DNA of 53,757 nt from Clostridia bacterium (GTDB lineage: Bacteria > Bacillota > Clostridia > TANB77 > CAG-465): contig JAZSRF010000013.1 of assembly GCA_045538335.1 (NCBI GenBank), forward strand, positions 1-53,757. The letters are read 5' to 3'. Shown here piece after piece: positions 10,264 through 20,886 of this stretch; the first letter of the stretch is position 1; each line of letters begins with the position of its first letter. The notes below the pieces were generated by a model. The model had not been told where the DNA came from, ran no database searches, and was given only the letters and a program-made list of their open reading frames with translations. The position numbers and the translations under genes were made by a program.

Positions 10264-10320
10264 TATTCGGACGTAAAAATAATCCGAATATATTATACAA
10301 CACATTCGGATTATTGTCAA
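10264..10320 (-). promoter_or_regulatory. Consensus sigmaA promoter overlapped by an inverted-repeat operator
   Basis: TTGACA(10315-10320)-17-TATAAT(10292-10297); perfect 12-bp inverted repeat AATAATCCGAAT / ATTCGGATTATT around the -10; third half-site at 10264-10271. Confidence 0.8.
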
Positions 10321-10325
10321 CCAAT

Positions 10326-11495
10326 TTACATTTTATCTGCTTCTAGCGGAGACATATCTCTTAATCTTTCTACTACTTCTTTTAAAGAATTTACTATATA
10401 TTCTGCATCTTCCATGGTATTCATTTCCCCATAAGAAATTCGTAAAGAACCGTGTGCTATTTCATGTTTTAAACCAATTGCAAGAAGTACATGTGACGGA
10501 TCAAGAGAGCCTGACGTACAAGCACTTCCACTTGAAGCCTGAATCCCTTTCATATCCAAAAGAAGTAACATCGACTCCCCTTCAATACCTTTAAATGATA
10601 CATTAACATTTCCAGGTAGTCTATTTTCTTTATGACCATTCAGTTTAACATAAGGAATTTCATTTAAAACTTTATCTATAGTATAATCTCTAAGTTTTAT
10701 TAATTTATTGTTATACTCATCTAAATTGGCATATGCAAGTTCTATAGCTTTACCCATACCCACTATCGCAGGTACGTTTTCAGTTCCTGCACGTTTGCCT
10801 CTTTCTTGGTGTCCACCAGTTACAATAGGATTAAACTTTACACCTTTTTTAATATATGCTGCTCCTATTCCTTTTGGCCCATAGAATTTATGTGCAGACA
10901 TAGAAAGTGCATCTATACCCATTTTCTCTACATCTATTTTTACATTACCTATAGCTTGAACCGCATCTGTATGGAAATATACTCCTTTAAATCTTGTAAC
11001 TTTCCCTATTTCTTCTATAGGCTCTATTGTTCCTATTTCATTATTAGCAAACATTATTGATACAAGAACAGTTGTATCTTTTATAGCATTTCTTACACTA
11101 TCTGCAGATATTACGCCGTCAGCATCAGGCGCAAGATATGTTACTTCAAAACCTTCTTTTTCTAATGCCTTACAAGTTTCAAGAACAGCTGGATGTTCTA
11201 TTTTTGACGTAATTATGTGGTTACCTCTTACTTTATTTGCATAAGCTATTCCACGTATTATCATATTATCCGATTCACTGCCACCTGCTGTGAAATATAT
11301 CTCATCAAATTTAGCACCTATAGCTGTTGCTACTTGTTCACGCGCCTTATCTACAGCATCTCTTGATATTTGCCCCATTTTATATGGTGATGAAGCATTA
11401 CCATACTTCTCGCTAAAGTATGGTAACATTTCATCTAATACTTCTTTTTTTACATATGTTGTAGCACTATGGTCTACATATATAATTTTGTCCAT
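10326..11495 (-). CDS. iscS: Cysteine desulfurase NifS/IscS
   Basis: [24 protein letters not shown] (PLP lysine), SSGSACTS (catalytic Cys). Confidence 0.96.
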   Translation of the reverse strand: MDKIIYVDHSATTYVKKEVLDEMLPYFSEKYGNASSPYKMGQISRDAVDKAREQVATAIGAKFDEIYFTAGGSESDNMIIRGIAYANKVRGNHIITSKIEHPAVLETCKALEKEGFEVTYLAPDADGVISADSVRNAIKDTTVLVSIMFANNEIGTIEPIEEIGKVTRFKGVYFHTDAVQAIGNVKIDVEKMGIDALSMSAHKFYGPKGIGAAYIKKGVKFNPIVTGGHQERGKRAGTENVPAIVGMGKAIELAYANLDEYNNKLIKLRDYTIDKVLNEIPYVKLNGHKENRLPGNVNVSFKGIEGESMLLLLDMKGIQASSGSACTSGSLDPSHVLLAIGLKHEIAHGSLRISYGEMNTMEDAEYIVNSLKEVVERLRDMSPLEADKM

Positions 11496-11545
11496 TAACT
11501 TTTCACCTATTAATCCTTTATATATATATTGTACTCAAAGCATTG

Positions 11546-14329
11546 TTATTTTGTGATTGCATCTATACATCTTGGACATATTGTAGAATGTTCTTCATGT
11601 TCTCCAACGTGTTCATTGTATTTCCAACATCTCTCACATTTAATTCCAGGAGCTTTAGAAACTTCTATATGTCTTTCGCCAACTTTTATTTCTACTTTAG
11701 ATACTATAAGCACCATTTCTAGTACTTCTCTTATTTCATTTAAAGAGGCTACTTTTTGTTCATTGTCATAAATTGTAACACAAGCATCTAGCGGATGACC
11801 TATTCTTTTTTCAGCTCTTGCTTGTTCTAATGCGCCTAAAGCTTCTTCTCTTAATTCATATATTGCATCCCATTTTGTAGCAAGTTCTGTATTGTTGTAT
11901 AATTCATTTGCCTTAGCCATAGGAAGTAATAATACAGATTCAAATTTATCTTTAGCCTTAAGATTCATAAAGCTATATATTTCTTCTGCCGTAAATGTAA
12001 GTATTGGCGCAAGTAAGCTTACCATTGCTTTTAGCACATCATACATTGTAGATTGTATACTTAAACGAAGTTCATCTTTTGCGTTTAATGTATATAATCT
12101 ATCTTTAACAACATCTAGATATCTAGAACTTAGTTCTGCAGTGCAGAATCTATGTATGCTATTAAATACTCCGTGGAATTCATATTTATCATATGAGTTT
12201 ATACACTCGCTTACAAGTGTATTTAATTTCAGCATAATGTATTTGTCTAATTCATCACGTTTTTCGTAATCTACATATTCTGCGTCGGGATTAAAGTCTG
12301 ACATATTTCCTAGCATAAATCTTGCTGTATTTCTTATCTTTTTATATACTTCAGCTATTCCTTTTATAATATCATCAGAAACTTTTACATCTGCGTGGTA
12401 GTCTGAAGATACTGTCCAAAGTCTCAGAATATCCGCACCATATTTATCACAAACATCAAGTGGATTTACACCATTCCCTAAGCTCTTAGACATTTTTCTC
12501 TTATCTTCATCAATTAAGAAACCGTGTGTAACATTCTCTTTATATGGAGCTACACCTTTAACAGCAACAGATGTTAAAAGTGATGATTGGAACCATCCTC
12601 TATATTGGTCATTACCTTCTAAGTATAAGTCTGCTGGCCAAGTTAAGCCATATTTCTTAGTATTTAATACCGCAAAATGACTCGAACCAGAATCAAACCA
12701 AACGTCCATTATGTCTGTTTCTTTTTCTAATGTATTACATCCACATTCACATTTAAAATCATAACCTTTAAGTAATTCTTCTGGAGATAATTCATACCAA
12801 GCATTTGTGCCTTGAGTCTTGAATATTTCGTTTAATCTTGTTATTGTTTCGTCGTTTATTAATTCTTTACCACAATCTGCACAATAGAATATTGGAATTG
12901 GAACACCCCAAACTCTTTGACGAGATATACACCAGTCACTTCTGTCTTTAAGCATATTGTACATCCTATCTTCGCCCCAAGTAGGATACCATTTAATTGT
13001 TCTTATAGCGCTCAAAGCTTCATCTCTAAACTTCTTAACAGAAGCAAACCATTGTGTTGTTGCTCTGTAAATAACTGGTTTGTGACATCTCCAACAATGT
13101 GGATATGGGTGAGTTAGTTCTTTTTTAGTTAGAAGCGCACCTGTTTCGCCTAACGCTTCTATTACTTTTTTATTTGCTTCAGTATATTTCATGCCTTCAA
13201 GCTCGCCTGCTTCAGCTGTCATATATCCTTTTTCATCAACTGGACATATAACTTCTATATCACCATAACGTTTGCAAGCAAGATAGTCTTCATGTCCGTG
13301 GCCTGGAGCTGTATGTACAAGACCAGTACCGGCATCAAGTGTTACTAGAAGGTCATTGTCTGAACCTAATATTACACGTGATGTCTTATCTAGCATTGGA
13401 TGTTGTAGTAACATATTTTCTAATTCTACACCTTTAAATGTTTTGTCTAACACTGTATACTCAGCAATTTCAGCTTCTTTCATTACAGATTCTATCATTT
13501 CCTGGGCTATTACATAATATTCAGTATTAACATTTACTATAGCATAATCAAATTCTGGATTCACAGTTACAGCTTGGTTACCTGGCATAGTCCAAGGAGT
13601 TGTTGTCCATATTACAAAGTATAGTTTGTTTGTATCTACTACCCCATCAAATATACCATTATCTTGTTTAACCGCAAATTTAACAAATATACTTGTTGCA
13701 GTATCATCTTGGTATTCGATTTCCGCTTCTGCTAAAGCTGTTCTACAGTCTTCACACCAATATACTGGTTTAAGGTCACGGTAAATATATCCTTTTTTAT
13801 ACATGTCTGCAAATACTTTTATTTGTTCCACCTCAAATTCAGGGTCAAATGTAACATATTTGTTTGCATAGTCTCCAATTACACTTAGACGTTTGAAACC
13901 TTGTTCTTGAGTTTCAACTTGTGTTATAGCATATTCTTTACATTTTCTTCTAAACTCAGGAACTCCAACCATATCTTTGCTTATTTTAAGCACTTGTTCT
14001 ACTTTCTTCTCTATTGGAAGACCATGTGTATCCCAACCTGGAATATATGGTGCGTAGAATCCTTGCATATTTTTATATTTTATAATAATGTCTTTTAGTA
14101 TTTTATTAAAGGCATGACCTAAGTGTATATTACCATTAGCATATGGTGGTCCATCATGTAATATAAATGATTTGTTTCCTTTATTCTTTTCTAATAATTT
14201 TTCATATACTTTTGCTTCGTTTTGTTTTTCTAAAACAGCTGGTTCTCTTTCAGGTAGATTTCCTCTCATTGGGAATTCTGTCTTTGGAAGGTTTAGTGTT
14301 TCAGAATAGTTTTTCTTTTCATTTTCCAT
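11546..14329 (-). CDS. ileS: Isoleucine--tRNA ligase
   Basis: HDGPPYANGNIHLGH, GWDTHGLPIE, WCISRQR, KMSKS, C-terminal CERCW...CPRC zinc finger. Confidence 0.98.
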   Translation of the reverse strand: MENEKKNYSETLNLPKTEFPMRGNLPEREPAVLEKQNEAKVYEKLLEKNKGNKSFILHDGPPYANGNIHLGHAFNKILKDIIIKYKNMQGFYAPYIPGWDTHGLPIEKKVEQVLKISKDMVGVPEFRRKCKEYAITQVETQEQGFKRLSVIGDYANKYVTFDPEFEVEQIKVFADMYKKGYIYRDLKPVYWCEDCRTALAEAEIEYQDDTATSIFVKFAVKQDNGIFDGVVDTNKLYFVIWTTTPWTMPGNQAVTVNPEFDYAIVNVNTEYYVIAQEMIESVMKEAEIAEYTVLDKTFKGVELENMLLQHPMLDKTSRVILGSDNDLLVTLDAGTGLVHTAPGHGHEDYLACKRYGDIEVICPVDEKGYMTAEAGELEGMKYTEANKKVIEALGETGALLTKKELTHPYPHCWRCHKPVIYRATTQWFASVKKFRDEALSAIRTIKWYPTWGEDRMYNMLKDRSDWCISRQRVWGVPIPIFYCADCGKELINDETITRLNEIFKTQGTNAWYELSPEELLKGYDFKCECGCNTLEKETDIMDVWFDSGSSHFAVLNTKKYGLTWPADLYLEGNDQYRGWFQSSLLTSVAVKGVAPYKENVTHGFLIDEDKRKMSKSLGNGVNPLDVCDKYGADILRLWTVSSDYHADVKVSDDIIKGIAEVYKKIRNTARFMLGNMSDFNPDAEYVDYEKRDELDKYIMLKLNTLVSECINSYDKYEFHGVFNSIHRFCTAELSSRYLDVVKDRLYTLNAKDELRLSIQSTMYDVLKAMVSLLAPILTFTAEEIYSFMNLKAKDKFESVLLLPMAKANELYNNTELATKWDAIYELREEALGALEQARAEKRIGHPLDACVTIYDNEQKVASLNEIREVLEMVLIVSKVEIKVGERHIEVSKAPGIKCERCWKYNEHVGEHEEHSTICPRCIDAITK

Positions 14330-14362
14330 TTTATTTACTCCCTTTCTTATTACTAATTAACA

Positions 14363-16036
14363 TTATCTAATTGCTCTTTCAAATCTTTCCTTAGTTTCAG
14401 TTTCACCTAATACTTGCATAATCCAATATATATCTGGTGTGTTTTGTTTATTTGTAAGTGCTACACGAATGAATCCTGTAACATCAGCAATACTTCCTTT
14501 ATAACTATCCGGATTTTGTTTGTATTCTTTCATATTTACACAATATCCTAAAGTTTCAGCCATAGCTTTTACAGTATTAAACCAAATTTCTTTATCATGT
14601 GATGCATCATAAGCTTTAAGATATTCTGCTATAACAGTTTTTACATCTTCTATATCAAACTTGCCGTCTTTCAAATCAAAGTTGTAACCTTCGGCTACAT
14701 TTTCATTAAATAAATCATTATACATATAGAATATATTTGGTAATATGTCTTTGTATTTTGCAAAATCTTTTCTAATCTTTGTTACGTTTTCTCTTTCAAT
14801 ACCTAAAACTTTTCTTGCGTAATCTAAATCACTGTTAAGTAGGTCGTATAATTCGTTATCATATTGTTTAGACCATTCCAAAACATTGTTTAAAAGTGTT
14901 TCTGTATTCATTCTAGAAATTACTTCTTTAGATACATCTGTAAGTTTTACCATATCAAAAAGAGCTCCAGAACTGTTTAGTTTATCTAATTTAACTTTAA
15001 ATTCGCGCCATGAGGCATCCTTATTTGCTTTTCTCCACAATTCATAATCTGAGTTAATTATTGTTAAAAGATATTCTAAAACGCTATCTACAGGATATCC
15101 TTCTTCTAAGAAAAAGCTTACTGCAGATTCAGGATCTTTTCTTTTACTTAGTTTTCTCTTTGAGCCATTATCGTTTTTCATCATTGTTGGTGTATGAGCA
15201 TATCTCACTTGTTCAAATCCTAAAGCTTCAAATAAATCTAAATGAAGTGCTGTTGATGGTATCCATTCTTCACCACGGATTACAATAGTTGTTCTCATAA
15301 AGTGATCATCTACTGCATGTGCAAAGTGATAAGTTGGAAGCCCATCAGACTTAATTATTACTATATCTTGGTCATTTTGAGCCATTTCGATTTTTCCACG
15401 TACAATGTCTTGTACTTTTACTTTTCTCATATGGCTACCTTCTGATCTAAATCTTAAAACATAAGGCACTCCTGCTTGTATTTTTTCTATTTGTTCTTCT
15501 GTAGTATAATTTCTACATCTTGCATATGTTCCATAATATCCTGGTATTTGTTTGTTTTTTTCTTGAGATTCACGTAGTTTGTTTAAATCTTCAGCCGAAC
15601 AGAAACAAGGGTAGGCTCTACCACGTTTAATAAGCTCCTTAGCACATATTTTGTAAATATGTTCCCTTTCGCTTTGTTTATATGGCCCGTATTCTCCTAC
15701 TTGTTCTGTTTCAGATACTAGACCTTCATCGTTTATTATATTAAATGCTCTCATTTGATTTATTAAATCTCTTGTTCCGTTTTCTATTTCACGTTTTTGG
15801 TCTGTATCTTCAATTCTTAACATGAATTTACCATTTGATTGGTTTGCAATTGTCATATCTATTAATGAACCAAATAGCCCACCTATGTGTAAGAATCCTG
15901 TTGGAGATGGAGCAAAACGAGTTACCTCTGCTCCTTCTACCAAATCTCTTTTGGGAAATCTTTTTTCTAAATCTTCTATTGTTTCAGTTATATCTGGAAA
16001 TATTAAATTTGCAAGTGTTTCTTTTAAGTTATCCAT
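14363..16036 (-). CDS. gltX: Glutamate--tRNA ligase
   Basis: TRFAPSPTGFLHIGG, LRIEDTD, PTYHFA, KLSKRK. Confidence 0.97.
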   Translation of the reverse strand: MDNLKETLANLIFPDITETIEDLEKRFPKRDLVEGAEVTRFAPSPTGFLHIGGLFGSLIDMTIANQSNGKFMLRIEDTDQKREIENGTRDLINQMRAFNIINDEGLVSETEQVGEYGPYKQSEREHIYKICAKELIKRGRAYPCFCSAEDLNKLRESQEKNKQIPGYYGTYARCRNYTTEEQIEKIQAGVPYVLRFRSEGSHMRKVKVQDIVRGKIEMAQNDQDIVIIKSDGLPTYHFAHAVDDHFMRTTIVIRGEEWIPSTALHLDLFEALGFEQVRYAHTPTMMKNDNGSKRKLSKRKDPESAVSFFLEEGYPVDSVLEYLLTIINSDYELWRKANKDASWREFKVKLDKLNSSGALFDMVKLTDVSKEVISRMNTETLLNNVLEWSKQYDNELYDLLNSDLDYARKVLGIERENVTKIRKDFAKYKDILPNIFYMYNDLFNENVAEGYNFDLKDGKFDIEDVKTVIAEYLKAYDASHDKEIWFNTVKAMAETLGYCVNMKEYKQNPDSYKGSIADVTGFIRVALTNKQNTPDIYWIMQVLGETETKERFERAIR

Positions 16037-16076
16037 TTTAATTCTCCTTTAAATTTATATTGTTATTATTTTACAT

Positions 16077-17966
16077 TTACTTATTCATTTTTACTTCAGT
16101 TATAATTGGAAGTATCATTGGATTACGTTTTGTTTTCTTATATACAAAATCGCAAAGTTCTTGTCTTAAACCCGCTTTTATTGCAGACCATTCTGTTACG
16201 TGAGATTTTACAAGCTTTTGTATTTTTTCTTTAGCAAACTCTCTAATCTCATCAACAAGGTCTTCAGATTCACGTACATATACAAATCCTCTTGTAATTA
16301 TGTCCGGTCCACCAACTAAGGCCCCAGTTCCACTTTCAAGAGAGAATACTACAAGTATCATACCATTTTCTGAAAGCATTTGTCTGTCTCTTAAAACTAT
16401 GTTTCCAACATCTCCCACTCCAAGACCATCTACAAGTACTATTCCAGATGGAACTTGAGCTCCAAGTCTTGCACCTTTCTCGTCAATTTCAAGTATTCTG
16501 CCATTTTGTGATACAAATATATTATCTGACTTCATTCCTATTTGTTTTGCTATTTCTTTGTGATGTCTTAAAAATCTATATTCACCATGAACCGGCATAA
16601 AGTATTTTGGTTTTGTTAGCATCAACATAAGTTTTAGTTCTTCTTGACAAGCGTGTCCTGAAACGTGCACGTCTGCAAGTTGGTTATATATTACTTCTGC
16701 ACCAATTTTTTGAAGCTCATCAATTACTTTGCCAATAGATTTTTCATTTCCTGGTATAGATGATGAAGAAAATATTACTAAATCTTTATCTGTAATAGTA
16801 ACTTTTCTATGTTCACCTTGTGACATACGAGCTAACCCTGACATTGATTCTCCTTGAGAACCCGTTGTAATTATTACAAGCTGTTCAGGATTATATAATC
16901 CAATTTTATCTATTTCAATAAATGTTCCTTCTGGTGCTGTTAGGTATCCAAGTTCTTTTGCAACACCCATAACACGTATCATACTACGTCCTACTATTGC
17001 CACTTTTCTGCCAAATTTTGCAGCTGAAGTTACTATTTGTTGCATTCTGTGAATATTAGATGCAAATGTTGCAACAATAATTCTTTTATTTGAGTTCATA
17101 AATATTTTATCAAACTCAGCACCAACATTTCTTTCAGACATTGTGTAACCAGGTCTTTCTACGTTTGTAGAATCTGACATAAGAAGTGTTACACCTTTTG
17201 TTCCAAGTTCTGCAAATCTTGCAAAATCCATAACTTGACCATCTATTGGTGTGTAATCTACTTTAAAGTCTCCTGTATGTACTACCGTACCAACTGGAGT
17301 TGTTATAGCAAATGCTACAGAGTCAGCTATAGAGTGAGTTGTACGTATAAATTCTACTCTGAACTTGCCAGCAACAACTGTTTGTCTTGGTTCTACAATT
17401 TTAATCTTTGCTACTTTATCTAACCCGTGTTCTTCAAGTTTAGCAGTAATTAAACCCGCTGTAAGTTTTGTTGCAAATATTGGAACATTCATTTTCTTTA
17501 AGAAATATGGAATTGCTCCAATGTGATCTTCGTGTCCGTGAGTTATAAATAACCCCTTAACTTTTGTAATGTTTTTCTCTAGGTATGTCGTATCTGGTAT
17601 TACCAAGTCAACGCCTAGCATATCATCTTCTGGGAACCCAAGACCGCAATCAACAATTATAATGTCTTTGCCATATTCAAACACTGTAATGTTTTTGCCT
17701 ACTTCTTGTAGTCCTCCCAAAGGAATTATTTTAAGTTTATCTTTTTCAAATATACTATCTTTTGTAGTTGTTCTTGTATTATGTGGTTGCTGTTCTTTTA
17801 TTGCAGCCTTGTTTAATCTTCTTCTAGCCGCCTTCTCTTCGCTTTTTGCTATACTTATACTATCTATAGCAATACTATCTGTTTTTTCTAATTTTCTTTT
17901 CAATTCTTTGTCTAAGAATGTACCTTCTTCGTAAATTCCTTGTTTATTTTTTTCCATTAATCTCAT
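16077..17966 (-). CDS. rnj: Ribonuclease J
   Basis: PLGGLQEVGKN, THGHEDHIG, HTGDFK, HVSGHA, PVHGEYR; charged N-terminal extension; start may be ATG at 17957. Confidence 0.96.
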   Translation of the reverse strand: MRLMEKNKQGIYEEGTFLDKELKRKLEKTDSIAIDSISIAKSEEKAARRRLNKAAIKEQQPHNTRTTTKDSIFEKDKLKIIPLGGLQEVGKNITVFEYGKDIIIVDCGLGFPEDDMLGVDLVIPDTTYLEKNITKVKGLFITHGHEDHIGAIPYFLKKMNVPIFATKLTAGLITAKLEEHGLDKVAKIKIVEPRQTVVAGKFRVEFIRTTHSIADSVAFAITTPVGTVVHTGDFKVDYTPIDGQVMDFARFAELGTKGVTLLMSDSTNVERPGYTMSERNVGAEFDKIFMNSNKRIIVATFASNIHRMQQIVTSAAKFGRKVAIVGRSMIRVMGVAKELGYLTAPEGTFIEIDKIGLYNPEQLVIITTGSQGESMSGLARMSQGEHRKVTITDKDLVIFSSSSIPGNEKSIGKVIDELQKIGAEVIYNQLADVHVSGHACQEELKLMLMLTKPKYFMPVHGEYRFLRHHKEIAKQIGMKSDNIFVSQNGRILEIDEKGARLGAQVPSGIVLVDGLGVGDVGNIVLRDRQMLSENGMILVVFSLESGTGALVGGPDIITRGFVYVRESEDLVDEIREFAKEKIQKLVKSHVTEWSAIKAGLRQELCDFVYKKTKRNPMILPIITEVKMNK

Positions 17967-18121
17967 CCTTTCTTTTTGTTATTAAACCATATTTAATTTT
18001 AATTTCCGAATTCATTTTTTACTTTAAAACAACCGTACAAAACTGTATATCTTATGACACACAAAATCTTTTAATATTATACTATTAAGAGCGTATAAAG
18101 TCAAGAAAAAACGGCTTTAAT

Positions 18122-18817
18122 TTAGCCGTTATTTTCTTTATCTTTTTCCACATTTTTCTTTATCTTTTTATCCCATTCACATAGCCCATAAATATTATTT
18201 ACTAAATATACCATCCACATAACGAGCATAGGAATATTTGTAATATTTTCTATACATTTTATTCCCCAAAGGGCAAGCATTGCAATATTAGATACTATGA
18301 ACATATGCCATTGTTCTACCTTCTTTTTCGATGTCATATATAGCCCGGCTATACCAAGAATTATAGCAAGCCCGTCTATTAAGGCAAAATTTACTTTGAG
18401 TTTTGTTGCAACTACAGTATATACTGCTGTTATAATAAGTATTACAAGCCAAATTAAAAGCCTTTGTATGTCTGTATATCTAGACACTTTTAGTTTATTT
18501 TTCCCATCTTTATCTTTTCCCCAAGTAAAGAAAGTGTATATCTGCATTGGAATACAGTAAACAAAATTATATATGCTTGTCCCAAACACCCCATTAGAAT
18601 ACATTATTATTCCATAAAGCAGTGAGTTTACTATTCCAAAAATTTGCCCAAATCTATTTTCAAAAACTGTATTAAAGACATATATAACACCACATACTGC
18701 TGCTATAATCTGTAACAAAGGAGAATTTGCTATTAAAGACAATATTATAATTAACAGCAAAGATGTTACCATCCAAATTTTACTTAACTTTTTCATATGT
18801 TTCTTTTTCCTCTTCAA
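18122..18817 (-). CDS. pnuC: PnuC-family vitamin/nucleoside transporter
   Basis: Multi-TM protein with PnuC-like segments (QIYTFFTW, KKKVEQWHMFIVSN, NNIYGLCEW); start may be ATG at 18796. Confidence 0.75.
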   Translation of the reverse strand: MKRKKKHMKKLSKIWMVTSLLLIIILSLIANSPLLQIIAAVCGVIYVFNTVFENRFGQIFGIVNSLLYGIIMYSNGVFGTSIYNFVYCIPMQIYTFFTWGKDKDGKNKLKVSRYTDIQRLLIWLVILIITAVYTVVATKLKVNFALIDGLAIILGIAGLYMTSKKKVEQWHMFIVSNIAMLALWGIKCIENITNIPMLVMWMVYLVNNIYGLCEWDKKIKKNVEKDKENNG

Positions 18818-18867
18818 TAACCTTTTACATTAAAAAACTTGATACTTTCGTAGTACCAAGCAGTTTA

Positions 18868-18941
18868 TGGCAGGGGTACTAGGAATCGAACCTAGCTCTG
18901 GAGTTTTGGAGACTCTTATTCTACCAATGAACTATACCCCT
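18868..18941 (-). tRNA. tRNA-Trp (CCA), 74 nt, CCA end encoded
   Basis: Acceptor stem AGGGGTA/TACCCCT, anticodon loop CTCCAAA, T-arm CTAGG-TTCGATT-CCTAG, discriminator G. Confidence 0.97.
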
Positions 18942-18952
18942 ATGACGAAATT

Positions 18953-18981
18953 ATTATACTAGAAATAATTGTAAATTGCAA
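18953..18981 (-). promoter_or_regulatory. sigmaA promoter of tRNA-Trp
   Basis: TTGCAA-17-TATAAT. Confidence 0.7.
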
Positions 18982-19057
18982 GTCTATTTTCTAAAAAAAT
19001 CATATTTTGTGTAAACAAAAGAACGAGCTTATAAGATTATCTATTCTGCCACGAGTG

Positions 19058-19086
19058 TTTACATAAAACTGTTTTTGTGGTATAAT
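19058..19086 (+). promoter_or_regulatory. sigmaA promoter of 19134..19523
   Basis: TTTACA-17-TATAAT with TG extension. Confidence 0.65.
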
Positions 19087-19133
19087 ATTAATGTAGAAAT
19101 TATTTAAAATCAATCTTAAAAAGGAGATTTAAC

Positions 19134-19523
19134 ATGGAAGTAAATGAAAATTTATATTACCTCATCCGATATGTAGCCGAATTTCATAAGGCCCCAACAG
19201 TGAGGGAAATATATGAAGGGAGAAAAATTGGTTTATATCTACAAAATATAAAACGTGGTTGCCAAAAAATATCTGCTGAAGATGCGCTATTTCTTACACG
19301 ACTTGGCATTAAACTTTCAACAGAAAACGTTCAAAGCAACGTCCACAAGAAGTTGCTTATTCTCGTTGAATTCATCAAAAACACCAACCGCAAACCAAAT
19401 TCAAAAGATATATATAAAGGTATTAAATTGTATCCATTTTTCAGAAACATTCAAACAGGGAACACTTCACTCAACAAAAAAGATCGTGCTATACTACTTC
19501 ACGCTTTGGAAAAAATTACATAA
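19134..19523 (+). CDS. Small protein with two helicase-associated (HA)-like repeats
   Basis: AAGGAG RBS; two internal repeats, LIRYVAEFHKAPTVREIYEGRKIGLYLQNIKRG and LVEFIKNTNRKPNSKDIYKGIKLYPFFRNIQTG. Confidence 0.65.
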   Translation: MEVNENLYYLIRYVAEFHKAPTVREIYEGRKIGLYLQNIKRGCQKISAEDALFLTRLGIKLSTENVQSNVHKKLLILVEFIKNTNRKPNSKDIYKGIKLYPFFRNIQTGNTSLNKKDRAILLHALEKIT

Positions 19524-19529
19524 TATTGC

Positions 19530-19559
19530 AAAACGGAAGCTAATTTAAGCTTCCGTTTT
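19530..19559. terminator. Bidirectional terminator between 19134..19523 and rho
   Basis: AAAACGGAAGCT / AGCTTCCGTTTT inverted repeat between convergent genes. Confidence 0.8.
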
Positions 19560-19563
19560 ATTT

Positions 19564-20886
19564 TTATTCCTTATTTTGTTTCTTAACTACTTGGGCCTTT
19601 AATACTTCAATAAAATCAGTATTTGTTTTAGTTTTAGCAAACATATTGAATATTTTTTCTGTTGTTTCAATAGCTTGTACTGAATTTTGGTTACCAATAA
19701 GTTTACGTATAATAGTATTTGCTTCTTGTTCTTCTTTAGATAGAAGTAAATCTTCTCTTCTAGATGATGATTTCACAATATCTACAGCCGGGAATATTCT
19801 TCTTTCGCTTAGTTTTCTATCTAAATGTATTTCCATATTACCTGTACCTTTAAATTCTTCAAAGATAATATCATCCATACGACTTCCCGTATCAATTAAT
19901 GCTGTTCCAAGTATTGTTAAACTTCCACCTTTTTCTATGTTTCTAGCAGCACCAAAGAATTTCTTAGGAAAATGTAAACAAGCTGGGTCAATACCACCAG
20001 ATAACGTTCTTCCGGATGGTTCAACTGTTAAGTTGTTTGCTCTAGCAAGTCTTGTAATACTATCTAAAAGTATAACAACATCTCTGTTATGTTCAACAAG
20101 TCTCTTTGCTCTTTCAAGAACCATTTTTGCAACTCTAATATGATGTTCTGGCGATTCATCAAATGTAGAAGAAATAACTAGCGCATCTATAGAACGTTCA
20201 ATATCCGTTACTTCTTCAGGTCTTTCATCAATTAAAAGAACTATAAGAGTAACCTCTGGATTATTTTTTCTAATGCTTGTAGCAATTTGTTTAAGTATTG
20301 TTGTTTTTCCTGCTTTTGGCGGAGCTACTATCATGCCACGGCTGCCTTTTCCAATTGGAGCTAATACGTCTAGTATTCTCATCGTTGTATCACTACCATT
20401 TTCTAGTTTTAGCTTCTCATTTGGATATATTGGAATCAATGCATCAAATGCTTTTCTTTTTAGCGCTAAGTCTACTCTGTCGTTATTTATTCCTTCTATA
20501 AATATCATAGAAGGAAATTTATTTGCAGGTTCTGTAGTAAAACGAGCAATACCACGTAGCATATCTCCAGTAGACAAGTTAAATCTTCTTATTTGCATAG
20601 CAGATACGTACACATCTCTATTTCCTGAAAGCAGATTGTCGCTTCTTAAAAATCCATATCCATCAGGCAAAACCTCAAGTATTCCTTCTGTAATGAAATC
20701 TGTTTCTGGATTTTCTATTTGTATATCATTTTTTGTTTCTAGTTCTTTTTTCTCTTCCAGTTTCCCTATAATTTCCTCAACCAAATATTCTTTTTTTAGT
20801 CTTTCATAACCATCTAATTTTATCTTTGCAGCTATTTCTCTAAGTTCTGTTAACGTTGCCGCTTTTAAATTTTCTTTATTGTACAT
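19564..20886 (-). CDS. rho: Transcription termination factor Rho
   Basis: GILEVLPDGYGFLR, APPKAGKT, LIDERPEEVT, DSITRLARA, FKGTGNME. Confidence 0.98.
   Translation of the reverse strand: MYNKENLKAATLTELREIAAKIKLDGYERLKKEYLVEEIIGKLEEKKELETKNDIQIENPETDFITEGILEVLPDGYGFLRSDNLLSGNRDVYVSAMQIRRFNLSTGDMLRGIARFTTEPANKFPSMIFIEGINNDRVDLALKRKAFDALIPIYPNEKLKLENGSDTTMRILDVLAPIGKGSRGMIVAPPKAGKTTILKQIATSIRKNNPEVTLIVLLIDERPEEVTDIERSIDALVISSTFDESPEHHIRVAKMVLERAKRLVEHNRDVVILLDSITRLARANNLTVEPSGRTLSGGIDPACLHFPKKFFGAARNIEKGGSLTILGTALIDTGSRMDDIIFEEFKGTGNMEIHLDRKLSERRIFPAVDIVKSSSRREDLLLSKEEQEANTIIRKLIGNQNSVQAIETTEKIFNMFAKTKTNTDFIEVLKAQVVKKQNKE

Noticed and set aside
10240-10320. 67-aa version of ORF 10117..10320
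   Set aside because: The TTG start is the -35 box of the promoter; the RBS supports ATG at 10239.
18818-18867. Riboswitch upstream of pnuC
   Set aside because: Only about 50 nt separate it from the tRNA, and this holds a simple terminator-like hairpin with no recognisable aptamer.
18868-19560. Integrative element at tRNA-Trp
   Set aside because: No integrase and no duplicated tRNA 3' end was seen in the window.
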